This document shows positions 25,603 to 39,109 of a stretch of DNA of 64,000 bases, one piece after another. This stretch comes from Octopus sinensis (Eukaryota). The DNA is taken from the NCBI RefSeq assembly GCF_006345805.1, contig NC_043001.1:77748001-77812000 (forward strand), given 5' to 3'. The position numbers and the translations under genes were made by a program. The notes under the pieces were generated by a model. The model did no database searches. It was not told where the DNA came from and was given only the letters and a program-made list of their open reading frames with translations. The number at the start of each line of letters is the position of its first letter. Positions within the stretch are counted from its first letter, which is position 1.

Positions 25603-26700
25603 CACACACACACACTCACGCACACACACACAAACACACACACAAATACACACACGTACATACATACATAAGTTCTTATCGATCCGTTAGGCGATGCCAG
25701 GTCACTCTCATCGGAGGAATGTGTCAAATTGCGTATTTCATAACAATGTTTACAAATATATGGGCTTATAAGGAATTGAGAGAGAGGGGGAAGAGAGAGT
25801 TTATGAGAACACTAGGAAGAGGGAGAAGGGTGGACTTGATTGAAGACGAATTAGTAGTATCTGATAGATAGGAAAACTAGAGGAGAGAGAAATAGAGATA
25901 AGGTAAATGATAAGGGAAGGAAGTTATCAGGAGAACGGTAGAGAGTGATGGTGAATATAAATAGCGTAGGCAAATAGATACCTGCTCCCAAAAGAAACAG
26001 GTGAAGGTAATGCGGACAACAGCACAATCACACAAGGATAAAGACCAGTGAGAGAATTGCAATACTGTATTACAGGAAGAAGATAAAGGAATTTAAACAG
26101 TTTTAAAAGTTTAAAATTAAAAATGAGGGTTATTAGTTCTTGCGATAGAACGATCAAGAACTAAATTCGTGAGAGAACGTTTTGTGGACCTGGTTTCTGA
26201 AAATGGAAAATTACATGAGAGAAGGGATTTAGCAAGATCGTGTGGTGTAATATAGTGAGTTACTCTCGGTAATATAATAAATAGGGCTTTTGATTTCACG
26301 TGTAGGGAGTTCCGCCACAAACTATGATCAGGTTATTGGGTATGCTCTGTGTTGATGTGGTGTATCTGGACAACGAAGGAGGTAGATTGCTTCGTGGCGC
26401 TATTGAAGAAAGCAAAAGTGCAAGATAACGTCGCTTAAGATCAATCGCAACACCGATGTAAACCCTGGCGGAATAGGTTTCTGATGGTGGTAACAGTACA
26501 TTTTTACAGAACATCATAGAGCAGGCAATTTCACTTTAAGAGCAGTTGCCGTGTATTCTGAAATTGCACATTTTTTGATAGCGAGTGAAAGGTGGTCGAC
26601 TATTATTTGCGAGATTATTTGTACTGTTATCACGATTGTCAGTGCTTATAATGGAACGAATTGTATTACCGCGCATAATTTTAAATAATTCGTTCTATTA

Positions 26701-28290
26701 CACTGGTCTGCATGATTTTTTATTGGCTGTATGGTGTCTTTTTCTGAACGTATATGAAAAATAATGAGTCACTGTGTTTTTGATTCATCTCTATCACATC
26801 AGGTTGTCAAGTTATACGGAGACGTTACTTTACTCTTTTTGTGTAACAAGTAAATGATAAATTAAAATGCTTACCTTATATTGACTTAAATGTTAAATCT
26901 AATATTTTTTCTTTATTTTCAGTCTGTGAATATGTCTAGAGACTGCGTCAATCCACCAGGTATATTCTGCAATGTCTGCGGGCAGTTAACTCCTTCAGAT
27001 TGCCGGAGCAATTATTACTCTTTTGTTGAAACGCTGCTATTCAGCTTATTTTGGCCGCAAACTCGGAGACCAGGACAAACCATTTGCACATCACAAAGCT
27101 TGCAAGAATTGCATCAGTAAGCGTCAAATATGGCCAGGTGGAAAATTTAAATGTATGCCCTTTGGAGTCCAATGGTATTGTGGGAGCAGATGAACCACTA
27201 TGATGACAGCTACTTTTGTATGACTAACGTAGGTGGATTCAACAAAAAGACTAAAGATCTCATAATATACCCAGATATTCCTTCAGGTATATAAGACCTG
27301 TTCCACACTCAGTTGATATTCCTATACCTGTGCCACCTGAGGCACGCGAACTTTCATCAGAGTTTGATACAAGTGATACTAATGAGATGGAAGTATAGTA
27401 TGAGCCACCAGCAAATGACGATCCCAAATTCTTCAACAAGAATGGAGCTGCTTTCAAGTACTTGGAGTCAAAATTTCTTCGTATAAATAAAGGCAAGTAA
27501 AAAGCAGAAATCTTTGTTGCCAACCCCCATTCGGGAATTGATGTGGGACAAGCATTTTTAGGAAGCATTAGAAGGTGTCGAAGTGAATGCCTGGTTTTCC
27601 TTCAAGAAGATTGTCTAAAACTTCTTGGGAAACAACCGCTCCCCATATTATGAAAAAATGATCCAAGACCTGATATCAAGTTTCCAACAACTCGTGTCTA
27701 GAATGAGTGTGAAGATACATTTTTTGCACTAGCATCTTGACTATTTTCCTAAGAATTACGGGGACTATAGTGAGGAACAAGGAGAGCGGTTCCATCAAGA
27801 TATTTGCACCGTGGAAACTCGATACTAGGGCTAATGGAATGTCAGCATGATGGCGGATTACTGCTGGTCATCGAAACGTGATGGTTTCGATGCACAACAC
27901 AAGCAGAAATCAAAGCGGTGCTCCTTCCTTTGAATCAATATGTAGGTTAATTATTAGGTGCATATTCTTTACATTCATTTGGTTTGATGCTGATAATTAT
28001 GATTCATTTCATGATGAACGTGTTACATTTCATGATGAACGTGTTACATTTCATGTTGGTTTGGAAAAAATATGTTCTTAAAATTAACAGATTGTACTTT
28101 TCCATGATTACTTGTTTTTAATGAAGTAACAATTTATTAAAAATTCACATTTATTATTATTATTAATTTGTTCTTTATTCAACATCCTTATGTGCCAGAG
28201 CAAAATGGTTTAGAAATTTAAAATCAGCACCCCAAGAATATGTAACATCACATCCAAGAATATAAAAAAATACTCAAATGCAGACCAATG
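26701..28290 (+). mobile_element. Chapaev3-type (RAG1/Transib-related) DNA transposon, internally deleted, both ends present
   Basis: TIRs CACTGGTCTGCAT (26701) and ATGCAGACCAATG (28278-28290), 12/13 match, with TTA on both flanks. Transposase remnants: MSRDCVNPPGIFCNVCG; MPFGV..W.EQMNHYDDSYFCMTN..GFNKK..IYPDIPSGIRPVPHS; RMSVKIHFLH*HLDYFPKNYGDYSEEQGERFHQDI..ETRY...WNVSMMADYCW. Confidence 0.82.
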
Positions 28291-28299
28291 TTATAGATA

Positions 28300-28650
28300 G
28301 CTGAAATTTGGTGGTAGTATGCTACCCGATTAACTTGACCGGAAAGAATGAAAGGTATCTAAACTCAAAACGCCAATAGCCGAAATAAATGCTGTTACAT
28401 ATTTTACCCAGTGCGCTAACAATTCTGCAAGCTCACCGTCTAAATAACTGTTTCAAATTTTGGTACAAGGCCAACAATTTTAGGGGAGGTACAGTGTATA
28501 ATGTCGATCCCCAGTGTTCAAAGGCTACTTTATGTGATCGACTCTCAAAGGATGATAGACAAAGTCGACCTTGGTGGCAATGAAACTCAGCATAAAGAGC
28601 CAGAAGAAATACGGCTTAGCAGGGTAGCAATTCTGTCAGCTCACCGTCTT
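28300..28650 (-). mobile_element. Two decayed family A SINEs in tandem
   Basis: Heads ..GCTCACCGTCT at ~28441 and ~28650. Confidence 0.75.
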
Positions 28651-28767
28651 ATCGCCGCAGAAATACTAAAACCGTAGGCAGGGAGGATGTTGAGCAAGAC
28701 TGATAACAACATGAAACCGTAGGTAAGGGCTGACATAAAGAGGGAAGAGAGAAATATCATCGAAATG

Positions 28768-29125
28768 GGCGCATCCGTGGCTCTGTTGTAAGAAATTTGC
28801 TTCCCAGCTACATAGTTCCCAGTTCAATCCCACTGTGTTGCTACTTAGGCAACTGTCTTCTGCTACAGCCTCGGGCCAAAACCTTGTAGGCGGAGTTGGT
28901 ACATACATAGAGATATATATGTATATCTTAGTGTGTATGTGTGTTCTGACTGCTTGACAAACGGCGTTAGTTACGTTTACAACTCCGTAACGTAACAGTT
29001 CGCTAAACGAGACCGAGAGAATACGTACAAGGTTTAAACAATAATTACTGGAGTTGAGCCAAAGTTCTCGAAGGTGGTGCCCCATTATAGCTGCAATTTG
29101 ATGACTGAAACAAGTAACAGAAAAG
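28768..29125 (+). mobile_element. SINE family B
   Basis: Head, GGCAACTGTCTTCTGCTACAGCCTCGGGCC, internal TA/TG tract, tail ..GACTGAAACAAGTAA. Confidence 0.85.
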
Positions 29126-29224
29126 AAGTAAAAGCACTGAAGAGAGGCAAATAATTCTGTAGTAAAATGAAAAACTGGAATGAAGATATCTCTAATATGA
29201 ATTAGAAGGTGAAGAAAATATTGA

Positions 29225-29436
29225 GTTCAAATTTTGGCACAAGGCTAGCCGTTTCATGGGGGTGGGCAAGTGTATTACATAAATTCCAGTGCTTTAGCCA
29301 GTACTTATTTTATTAACCCCGAAGGGAGGAAAGACAAAGTAGATCTCAGCGGAGTTTGAACTCAGAACATGAAGGATGGCAAAATGCCGCTAAGCATTCC
29401 GCCCGGCGTGCTGACGACTCTGCCAGCTCGACCCTT
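29225..29436 (-). mobile_element. SINE family A
   Basis: Family A body and head on the minus strand. Confidence 0.88.
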
Positions 29437-29631
29437 AAATAGGAAGAAAGTATTAAAAGAAGCAAATACGTGAAAGAGATTAACTAATAAATAGAATAAC
29501 TAAATTATAAAAAAATCCCAAAAATCTATTGCAATAAAAAATCATGGTAAAATTCCAATGCAGAATAGAAGAATGGAAGCAATTCATTTTATATAATGGA
29601 TGATGTGTGTATAAATATCTATCTATCTAAG

Positions 29632-29787
<156 letters not shown>

Positions 29788-30436
29788 GTGTATGAGAGGT
29801 ATTGGTGTCAAGAAGACCCAAATGTGTCAGGTAATGCTAAATAAGTGCTATGGACAGACTATAGTTAAGCTCCAGGTTCGATAATGATACGAACGAGGAG
29901 TGCAACGTAGGTCATATATTAGCATGCATATATATATAAATTAACAGAATGAGATAAAAAAATTCATGGCTGTGAATAATTTTCAGAACATTTATAAAGA
30001 GAAAATTTTACAGCTGTTTCCTGGATATTTCATATATTCCTTCATCACAGACGGTGTGAGAAAATGTTTAAGTAATAGTTATTATAGAGAAGATATGAAA
30101 TACAGAGTGAAGTGGAGAAATGAAAACAGACGTGAGATACGTAAGGACATTGTATTTGCAGTTCCATTATTTAAGCAGAATGGAGTATATATAAGTTTCC
30201 TGTATTCATAATGGAAAATATAAATATACAGGGATGATGAAATCATAAATATCGATAAAAACTATTATATTACATGAACAACAACGAAACGAAGCTAACT
30301 AAACAGAAAACACTAACTGGTACTAACACTGACACACCACAAATATACGCTTGTGTGTGTATGTGTGTGTATCTGTGCATATGTGTGCCTGTGTGTGGTT
30401 GTACATAGATATAGATATAGATTTATATATATATAT

Positions 30437-30467
<31 letters not shown>

Positions 30468-30902
30468 ATATATATATATATATAAATCTATATATATATA
30501 TAGATATACGTGTAGATGCAGATATAGGTCCACATATATCTGTATATACAAGTACATTCGTATGCGGTAGAGAAATGACCAGTATAGATATTAAAATACA
30601 AACAATAGAAAACAGATAGGAATCAGCAAAGATAATCAGAGAATTAGTAAATATTCCTTTTTCTCTTTTATACCTTGACTGATTTAAGTCATTGGATCGT
30701 AGGCATCCCGGTGCACCGCCTTAATTTGAAAATAATTGATTTCATTAGACGCCGTGGAGCATGCAACATGTTTTTGTTTTCTCTTTAGCAAACTTTTGCA
30801 TCATGGAAGATAAAGTCTTAAGAGGAGACTTCGTATAAATCATGGTAAATATACATATGTACACATACACACGCACACATGCATGCACACGCACACATGT
30901 AT

Positions 30903-30961
<59 letters not shown>

Positions 30962-31012
30962 ACACACAAACACACACAAGCAATTCCCAATGGAGAGTAT
31001 CGCTGTTAAGAT

Positions 31013-31423
31013 GGGTCTAAACTGAAGCCTGTGTGAGTTTCTAAATGATTCGCCTAACGAAAAATTGACCTAAAACTCTTTTACTTGCGTGGTCTGCCTT
31101 ATGATACGCCATATCTCACATGACTTTCCATACTTAGTCTAAACAAGTTATTCTCAGCCCAAGTCTGCACGGCCCCCGAGGCTCCATATATGATTTTGTG
31201 GGTCTGCATAACCAAATAATAAATTGGGGATCCACAATAATATTTTAAGGACTCCTGAAAAAATTTTGTTATAAACATGTATCGTAAGAAACGGCTTGGT
31301 TTCTTTCTCTAATATATAAATCTAGTTTTTAAGTATCGAATGGCGATGGGGATCCACCAGAATAAAATAGTAATGAAAGGTGTCTATAAATAATAAGAAA
31401 TGGTTAAGAGCCCTTTAGACTCT
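31013..31423. mobile_element. Possible decayed hAT-type MITE
   Basis: Imperfect terminal inversion GGGTCTAAA / TTTAGACTC, and an internal GCACGGCCCCCGAGG resembling the CGGCCCGC motifs of hAT MITEs. No TSD verified. Confidence 0.28.
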
Positions 31424-31496
31424 AAACCATAAATGGACTCGTGAAACTGCCTCTCGATTGTGGCCTGTCATATTAGATATAGTCACCAAATGTCCA

Positions 31497-32040
31497 TTAG
31501 TTAGTTAGTTAGTTAGTTAGTTAATTTGGCTCAAAAGCAAATAGCAAGGCCATGTAGGGGGACATGGAGTTAAGTACAGGGTGGTGTTCATGTAAAGAGT
31601 TCAGGCCACTTGAGGTCAAGGGAGGCTTTGAACAAAGCGGTCGTCGGCATCTTCACCATCTCGTCTGGCAGCTTGTTCCACGGATCCGCAACCCGGACGG
31701 AGAAAGCTCCTCTCCTTCGATTCAGATGAAATCGTCGCAGGTAGAGCTTTTCGGAATGACCCCGCAGCCGACGCTCTGGAGCAGGAGTGAAGAACAGCTC
31801 TTTCGAGAGGTTACACTTTCCGCTTATGATGTTGTGGGCGAGAATGAGATCACCACGGCGGCGGCGTTTTTCAAGAGAATAAAGGTCGAGCGTCCTCAGC
31901 CTTTCTTCGTAGGACAAATTTTTGAGACCATGAACCATGCGGGTAGCCAGCTTCTGGACTCTTTCGAGATGCTGTATGTCTTTGAGGAGATAAGGAGAAG
32001 AGGCTTGAATCCCATACTCCAATATGGGTCTCACCAGCGT
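31497..32040 (-). mobile_element. CR1/L2-group LINE 3' end (ORF2 C-terminus open at 31588-32034, short 3' UTR, (TAAC)n tail)
   Basis: VRPILEYG..SSPYLLKDI..LERVQKLATRMV.GLK.LSYEERLR.L.LYSLEKRR.RGDLI...RGH..KL...F.VRV...WN.LP. Confidence 0.93.
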
Positions 32041-32131
32041 GACATCATCTTATATCGTCTTAAAAGAAAGGGTTGAGAACATTCGTATAATGTAGTCTTA
32101 TACACCCATATATGTGTATGTGAGTGTGTGT

Positions 32132-32435
32132 GGAGGCACATGGCATAGTGGTTAGAGCAGCGGACACGCAATCGAGGGATCGCGGGTTCGAATCTCAGAC
32201 CGGGCGATGTGTGTGTTTATGAGCGAAACACCTAAGCTCCACGCGGCTCCGGCAGAAGGTAATGGCGAACTTCTGCTGACTCTTTCGCCACGACTTTCTT
32301 TCACTCTTTCCTCCTGCAACTTGCAGGTCACCTGCAATGGACCGGTATCCCGTTCAGGTGGGGAATCTATACGCCAATGAAACCGGAAAACCGGCCCTTA
32401 TGAGCCAGGCATGGCTTGAGAAAGAACAACCAAAA
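32132..32435 (+). mobile_element. tRNA-derived SINE family C
   Basis: A box TGGCATAGTGG, B box GGTTCGAATC, body of ~300 bp, (CAAA)-type tail. Confidence 0.88.
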
Positions 32436-33494
32436 CAAAATGTGAGTGAGTGAGTGAGTGAGTGTGTGCGTATGTGTGTGCGCGCGCGTGAGTATGTATG
32501 CGTGTGCGCGTGTGTCCGAAGTATAGTCGATGAAAAATGAAGAGTCACTTTCTTTGGATAACGCAAAATCGATCATTTGGCTCACCTTCTTTATGAGGGA
32601 AAAATTGAAAGGGGACAAATCATGAGAGACAACTGAGTTTTAAATATTCTAAATTAAAAAAAAAAAACATAAAGAGAAAAAACATTGGTAGCGACTCATA
32701 GGGAATGCAGAACTACGTGAACTTCATACCTGAACAAGAAACCACCTGATAGAAGGAAGGAAATGAGAAGCGGGTACAATGGAGACAGAGGTGAAGGAAA
32801 AAGGTACTCTAAGGGACAGGATTTACCTCTGAAAGTAAATCAAAATTAAGCTAGTGATTGGCACCAGTCCGTAGACAACATGTATAGGGTCGATCCACCA
32901 GGAAAAATAGCAGTCAAACATTAGCGTAGGTGGATTGTGTGCCGCCCCGAGCTGCCCTTCAGTTTGCCACCGCCGGGCCCCTATGAAAGTGGATATTGCC
33001 TAATGTAGACCCAAAAGTGGAGCCACCTGGAGCGAACAACCCCTCCGCACCCTCCAGTTGCGCTAGTACAGCCAAATCTACTTCAAACCTTACTAACCAG
33101 AGACAGAGAGAGAGAAGGGGGGAGGGGAGAGAAATAGAAAGAAAGAGATGACAGTAAGAGAACGAAAGAGGAGGAAAACATGTTAGTGGGTCGGTAAGAA
33201 GAGATGGAAAGGAACAGATAGTCCGTGAAGATATGAGATTAACAAGAGGGTGGGGTTTGGATATAAACATATATATGTGTGTGTTTGTGTGTGTGTACAT
33301 GTGTCTGTGAGTCTGTGCGTGTGCGCGTATGTCTGAGCGTGTGTATGTACACGTTCTCTATTGTATAAGCGGCGGTTAGGTAGAATCGTTTGGATATTCC
33401 ACAAAGGGAAACGAGTTATTAGCTAAGGCTCTTTATGGTTTCAGTTGAAATTCTACCGAGGCAACTTAGCCTTTCATCAATCCATTCATCAAAG

Positions 33495-33496
33495 TA

Positions 33497-33565
<69 letters not shown>

Positions 33566-33701
33566 GGCGCGTGTGTGTGTGTGTAAGTGTGTATGTGTGT
33601 AAGTGTGTGTGTGTTTGTGTGTATGCATGGTGTCTGAATGTTGTGTTAACGTATGTATATTGTGCAAATATGTGAGTGGATATACATATATATATGTGTG
33701 T

Positions 33702-33762
<61 letters not shown>

Positions 33763-34074
33763 CGTTATCCAAACAATAAACACAAAAAAACACACCAACG
33801 CGGGGACGTGGAACCAATACAGTATTATTGGACGCTCAGGAAAGAAGGGAAGGAATATATATATGTATGTATGTGTGTATAATATCAAAGGGTAATCAGA
33901 AATAGAAATTTCCATTAACAGTGGCCTAGCATGTAAAAATTTGGTCAATAGACTATATACTATAATATATAGTCTATTGTATATATGTATATATACATGT
34001 ATATATATATATATGTATGCATATATATATATCATATATATGTATACATACATGTATATATATATACACACACG

Positions 34075-34111
<37 letters not shown>

Positions 34112-34153
34112 GTGTGTGTTTGTGTATCTATACATAAATATATATCTATACGT

Positions 34154-34234
<81 letters not shown>

Positions 34235-34249
34235 ATGTATGTATATATA

Positions 34250-34283
<34 letters not shown>

Positions 34284-35045
34284 ATGGTATATACATACGC
34301 CTGCACTGACATATATGCAACAAAAACCTTGATAAACTAGAAACCCTTTAACAGGTGTATAAAAAGGATCCATTAAGGGAACTTAGAAAGCCCGGTCATC
34401 TCATTTCCCCACGACAGAGCTTAGTAATGTAAATATATGCTTGATCAAATTTCAAACCAACACCAGCACAAATTCACAGGCAACCTCTGTTTGTCTGTGT
34501 CAATATATGCTCATATATGCATGCACATCTACAAGCATACATGTATATATATGTATATATAAGAATCATGTGTGTGAGTGTGTGTGTGTGTGTGTGTTGA
34601 TATGTATACTATATAAACAAAAATGTATACGCACATATATACACACGCATACATATATGTACACATTTTTGTGTCCATGGGCACCCCACTGCGTGTACGT
34701 GTGCATACATGTCTATCCCCCACCTTCTCTCTTCTTTGCTTCTTTGTTTCTGTCTGTCTGTCTCTCTGTATATATGTGTGTTTATATATATATATTCATA
34801 TATAAATATATGAATACATATATATATGTATATATATATAATATATATAATATATATTATACATATATATATATAATATATATAGATAAATATAATATGT
34901 ATATATATATATATAGACGTATATTACATATAAATAGATGGATGTAAATAGATAAATATATATATTTATATATAAATTTATACACACTTACACACACACA
35001 CCCACACAGACACACGTCCACGGAAATACACACACATGCGCATAC
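33495..35045. repeat. Compound TA/TG microsatellite field with short unclassified islands
   Basis: Directly visible. Confidence 0.9.
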
Positions 35046-35582
35046 ACCCTTGAACTTATGAATGTCTGTACTCTTGTATCTGAAACATGCGACTGACAGA
35101 CTATTAACAACACACAATTCTCAGCTCACGCATCACCATTTGTACAGAATTACACAAACATTGATATAAACAAACTAAACCCTATAGATTTGTCTTTCCC
35201 ATAAAGAAATGTCTGTATTTGATAGCAAGTAATATTTGTAGCTAATTCCTGAAGCATTGCCGAAAGCAAACAGAATCCTTAATGAAAACTCCATTAAACT
35301 ACTTGAGATGCAATATAACGGTCTATGGATTGACACACAAACATAAACGCCAGCTATGAACCTGATCCCCAATGTCTCGTCTCTCATACAGGTGATGGCT
35401 TCAGCAAATGGGAAAGAAGTCGATGTCGTTGTTGTTATGAAATTTTGTTGCGAAATTCCATCGTTGTTATTGTAGATGCTGTTAGCGAGGATGAATATTC
35501 AAACTGTTATTTCATTAATAAGGGCCAAAAAATGTGTACGAGCTCATTGCATATGTGTGTGTGTATATGTATGCATATTATT

Positions 35583-35790
35583 CAGGGAGTGTGGAAAAGT
35601 TCCTAGACTTAAGTGTAGCGAGAAAGGCCTGGTTTAAGGCCCAACATTCCGAGTTCTTTTACAGGGCTTAGAAAAAGTGAAGGATGTTTGCGTGGGAGTT
35701 TGAAGGGGAATATGTTCAATAAAGTCGCAATTAGCTGATCCTCCTGTATTTCCTTTTACTCAAAACCAGTAACTTTTCAGTATACCCTCG
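35583..35790 (+). mobile_element. Mariner-derived MITE (~210 bp)
   Basis: Left end CAGGGAGTGTGGAAAAGTTCC; right end GTAACTTTTCAGTATACCCTCG|TA; internal GAAGGGGAATATGTTCAATAA (mariner terminal GEYV.*). Confidence 0.65.
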
Positions 35791-36007
35791 TATATACCGT
35801 ACCTCTGACTGTCATTTGACTGAGGCCATGCTGGGGCACCACGGTACTTATACATTTAAAGTACACTATTTTTTCTACCGGTTTCTTAAGTAGAATCTCG
35901 AAGTTACAGAGACCTGATCGCACGCACCAACACCAGCTGTCAAGTGATGGTGGTACATATAAAAATACCTCCCCACCCATAGAACCACCCATACACCTAC
36001 ACCCCCA

Positions 36008-36138
36008 GGAGTGGCGATGTAGTAAGTAGCTTGCTCACCAACCACATGGTTCCGGGTTCAGTCCCACTGCACGACACCTTCGGCAAGTGTCTTCTACTAT
36101 AGCTTCGGGCCGACCAAATCCTCCTGAGAAGCCTGTCG

Positions 36139-36187
<49 letters not shown>

Positions 36188-36199
36188 ATATATATATAT

Positions 36200-36234
<35 letters not shown>

Positions 36235-36301
36235 TTGTGTGTGTGTCTGTGTGAGTGTCTATGTGTGTGTGAGTGTGTGTATGTGTGAGTGTGTGTGGTG
36301 T

Positions 36302-36361
<60 letters not shown>

Positions 36362-36450
36362 TGTGTTTGTACGCCCACCATCGCTTCACAATCGATGCTG
36401 ATGTGTTTACGTTCCTGTAACCTAGTGGTTCGGCAAAAGAATGATAGAAT
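36008..36450 (+). mobile_element. SINE family B, 3' tail interrupted by the fold-back element
   Basis: Head and body intact, internal TA/TG tract; stops at GATAGAATAA. Confidence 0.87.
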
Positions 36451-36476
36451 AATATATATAAATATATATTTATATA

Positions 36477-36830
36477 TATATAATATAATTCGAGACAAAA
36501 CCACTATTTTAAAACCAAACAAGAAAAGACTTAATCAATACATAAAATGTTAATATAAATTAAATAAACTTCAAAATTTGATACTGATTAGAAGATCGAA
36601 AATCCACCTGAAGATTGTCGGTAGCAGACATGAAACAATTGTTGTGGCGGTTTATTTAATTTATATTAAAATTTTATGTATTGATTAAGTCTTTTCTTGT
36701 TTGGTTTTAAAATAGTGGTTTTGTCTCGAATTATATTATATAATATTTTACTATAAAATGGATTTAACCCTAAATCTGATTTTCCCTGTAATTTTGGATT
36801 CATTCCCTAATATTTACTATTATTATATAT
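36477..36830 (+). mobile_element. Fold-back element: ~92-bp arms (36477-36569 / 36650-36742) around a hammerhead
   Basis: The arms differ at one position by my reading. The right arm and tail are homologous to 44350-44525. Confidence 0.85.
36604..36647 (+). ncRNA. Type I hammerhead motif
   Basis: CCAC / CTGAAGA / T-TGTC-GGTAGCA-GACA-T / GAAA-CAATTG-TT / GTGG; stem III palindrome ACAATTGT. Confidence 0.75.
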
Positions 36831-36842
36831 ATATATATATAT

Positions 36843-36888
<46 letters not shown>

Positions 36889-37066
36889 CCATATATATAT
36901 ACTGTTGTGTCTGGGGAGAGCCATTCTGTTTTGATTCCTTATGATTTAACACTCTGACCGGTAAAATTTTCACTTATCTCTTTTTGTTATTCTTCTAAAA
37001 TTTTCGTTGCGTCTTGCAACCATTTCAATAGTTTAACGGTCATCTTCATAGCATTTTTGTTTGTCT

Positions 37067-37127
37067 TAATAACTGACGAGATGCCGGAGCAGATTTCCGC
37101 CCCGACATCCGAAACTTTTTTTTATTA
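37067..37127 (+). ncRNA. Decayed hammerhead motif
   Basis: TAATAA / CTGACGA / GATG..CATC-C / GAAAC-TTTTTT / TTATTA: 6-bp stem I and intact core, but stem III is replaced by a T run. Confidence 0.5.
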
Positions 37128-38182
37128 TGGCAACCGAATAATTGTCACATGTATATTACAGATAAATTCCCCAACATAATATCGAGGTCTCATTCATTCT
37201 TTTGTTGTCATACTACTACTATTAATACCATTACTATTACTTTAGGTTGTGTTTACCAAATGAAGTCGGAGGGCTTTGGTCGACTAAGGGCTATAGTAGA
37301 AGTTATTTACTTGCGTGGTGGAAAGATATTCAATGTCAGATGTTTAGGAAGCAATCTTCTTGGCCACACAGTCATTTCTGAACCTACCTACACGATAAGA
37401 ATTTAGAAACTTCGAAAGACGTGAAATAATTCGTTCATATCGGAAACGTTTCCATATTTTCCATCCAAACTCTTCTTACAATATTTACTCGCTGTTATTT
37501 ATAGCTTTATATACTTCGAGTTCCACTATTTGAAACTACTTACATATTTGCATGTATATATGCAAGTTTATTTAAATATAGATATATATGCATGAATATG
37601 TAGATGTTTAGGTATCTCTATTTAATAATAACCAATATAAACGTTGGTTGTTTGGCTGGTTGGTTGGTTATTTAGTTGAATCTCCAGTCACGCTTTACAA
37701 CATATAGAGAGATGATGATGGAAATCAAATGACAGATACAGAGTGAATTAACACAAAAGCTGCAGGATGTGTGGCATAAATTTAAAAAAAAAGAACAGAA
37801 ACAAAAACAAACAAAAAACTTTGTCTTCTAAACTTTTACAGACTTAGGTTTCAGATGGATTGCGATTATGCTGATAAAATTTACAAATATAACATCATGT
37901 ATTTATTGCAAACATACAAATGAGAAATTTCTTTTATTCAATTTTATTTTAAGGTAATAAATATTTTCCCTTTGAAAATTAGTATTCATTTCATCATTTT
38001 GTGTAAGCAGCAACAAATTTGATGAAAGCGAAGTCATAATTATTGTATATATGCCATATTTCTCTGTACACACACACACATATATATATATATTTATGTA
38101 TACATGTACACAAAGATACATACTTATGTATATACATATGTGTTTGTATATATGTTTGAATATACATATACATATATTTTGT

Positions 38183-38216
<34 letters not shown>

Positions 38217-38235
38217 GATATGTATATATGTATTG

Positions 38236-38304
<69 letters not shown>

Positions 38305-38839
38305 ACATATAATGTAGGTACGTGTGAATATATAACTTCTTATCATCCATTTAGTTCTGATCAGTGTTTTTTGTTTTGCTTTCATTCACTTGTAATATGC
38401 AAATGTAATCCTGTAAACTCGCCCAACACAATATGGTTTTAATTTATTGATAATTCAAGTATGTACAGCAAATGTAATTTATGCATAATTCTGATGAGTT
38501 CAGTTGGAGACCTCTGAGATCGAATTTCAATGAGGCAATTGCAAATGGATGAAGTAAAAGGACATGCTCACATCATTCTCCTTATTTGTAATGACATACA
38601 TACACACACACATATATACATACATACATGCATGCATACATACATACATACATACTTACATGAATGCATGAATACAAACACACACACACACACACACAAG
38701 GAAAAGGAAAAATCCAGAGAAAGGAAGACAGAGGAAAAAAAATCGCCAACGGTATACACACGGTCACATTTTATGTATGTATGAGAGTGAGAGGGAGAGA
38801 AAGAAAGAGCGATCTGGCGGGAGACAAAGAGAGAGCGAT

Positions 38840-39075
38840 AAAGCGGCGATCTGGCAGAAACGTTTGCACGCCGAGCGAAATGCTGAGCGGGATTTCGTCT
38901 GCAGCTACGTTCTGAGTTCAAATTCTGCCGAGGCCGACTTTGCCTTTCATCCTTTCGGGGTCAATGAAATAAGTACGAGATACGCACTGGGGTCGATATA
39001 ATCGACTTAATCGGTTTGTCTGTCCTTGTTTGTCCCCTCTGTGTATAGCACCTTGTGGGCAGTAAAGAAATAAGA
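38840..39075 (+). mobile_element. SINE family A
   Basis: Full body with the GTTTGTCCCCTCT...AAGAAATAAG tail type. Confidence 0.9.
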
Positions 39076-39077
39076 AG

Positions 39078-39109
<32 letters not shown>

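Noticed and set aside
25900-26520. Possible L1/Tx1-type LINE 3' remnant (W.KGFSKIVW)
   Set aside because: Only one short motif among many stops; insufficient evidence.
32132-32205. tRNA genes at SINE heads (also 24790-24860 and 56884-56950)
   Set aside because: A and B boxes are present, but there is no complete cloverleaf or acceptor stem and each continues into a SINE body.
33420-33485. Minus-strand TTGATGAAAGGC..GCCT..GAAAC
   Set aside because: Spacing is incompatible with the core geometry and there is no stem I.
33946-33979. 14-bp perfect inverted repeat CAATAGACTATATA/TATATAGTCTATTG
   Set aside because: Half of it is TA repeat, and such pairs are expected in this composition.
38485-38535. 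CTGATGAG...CGAATTTC
   Set aside because: GAAT instead of GAAA, mismatched stem II and at most a 3-bp stem I; within chance expectation.
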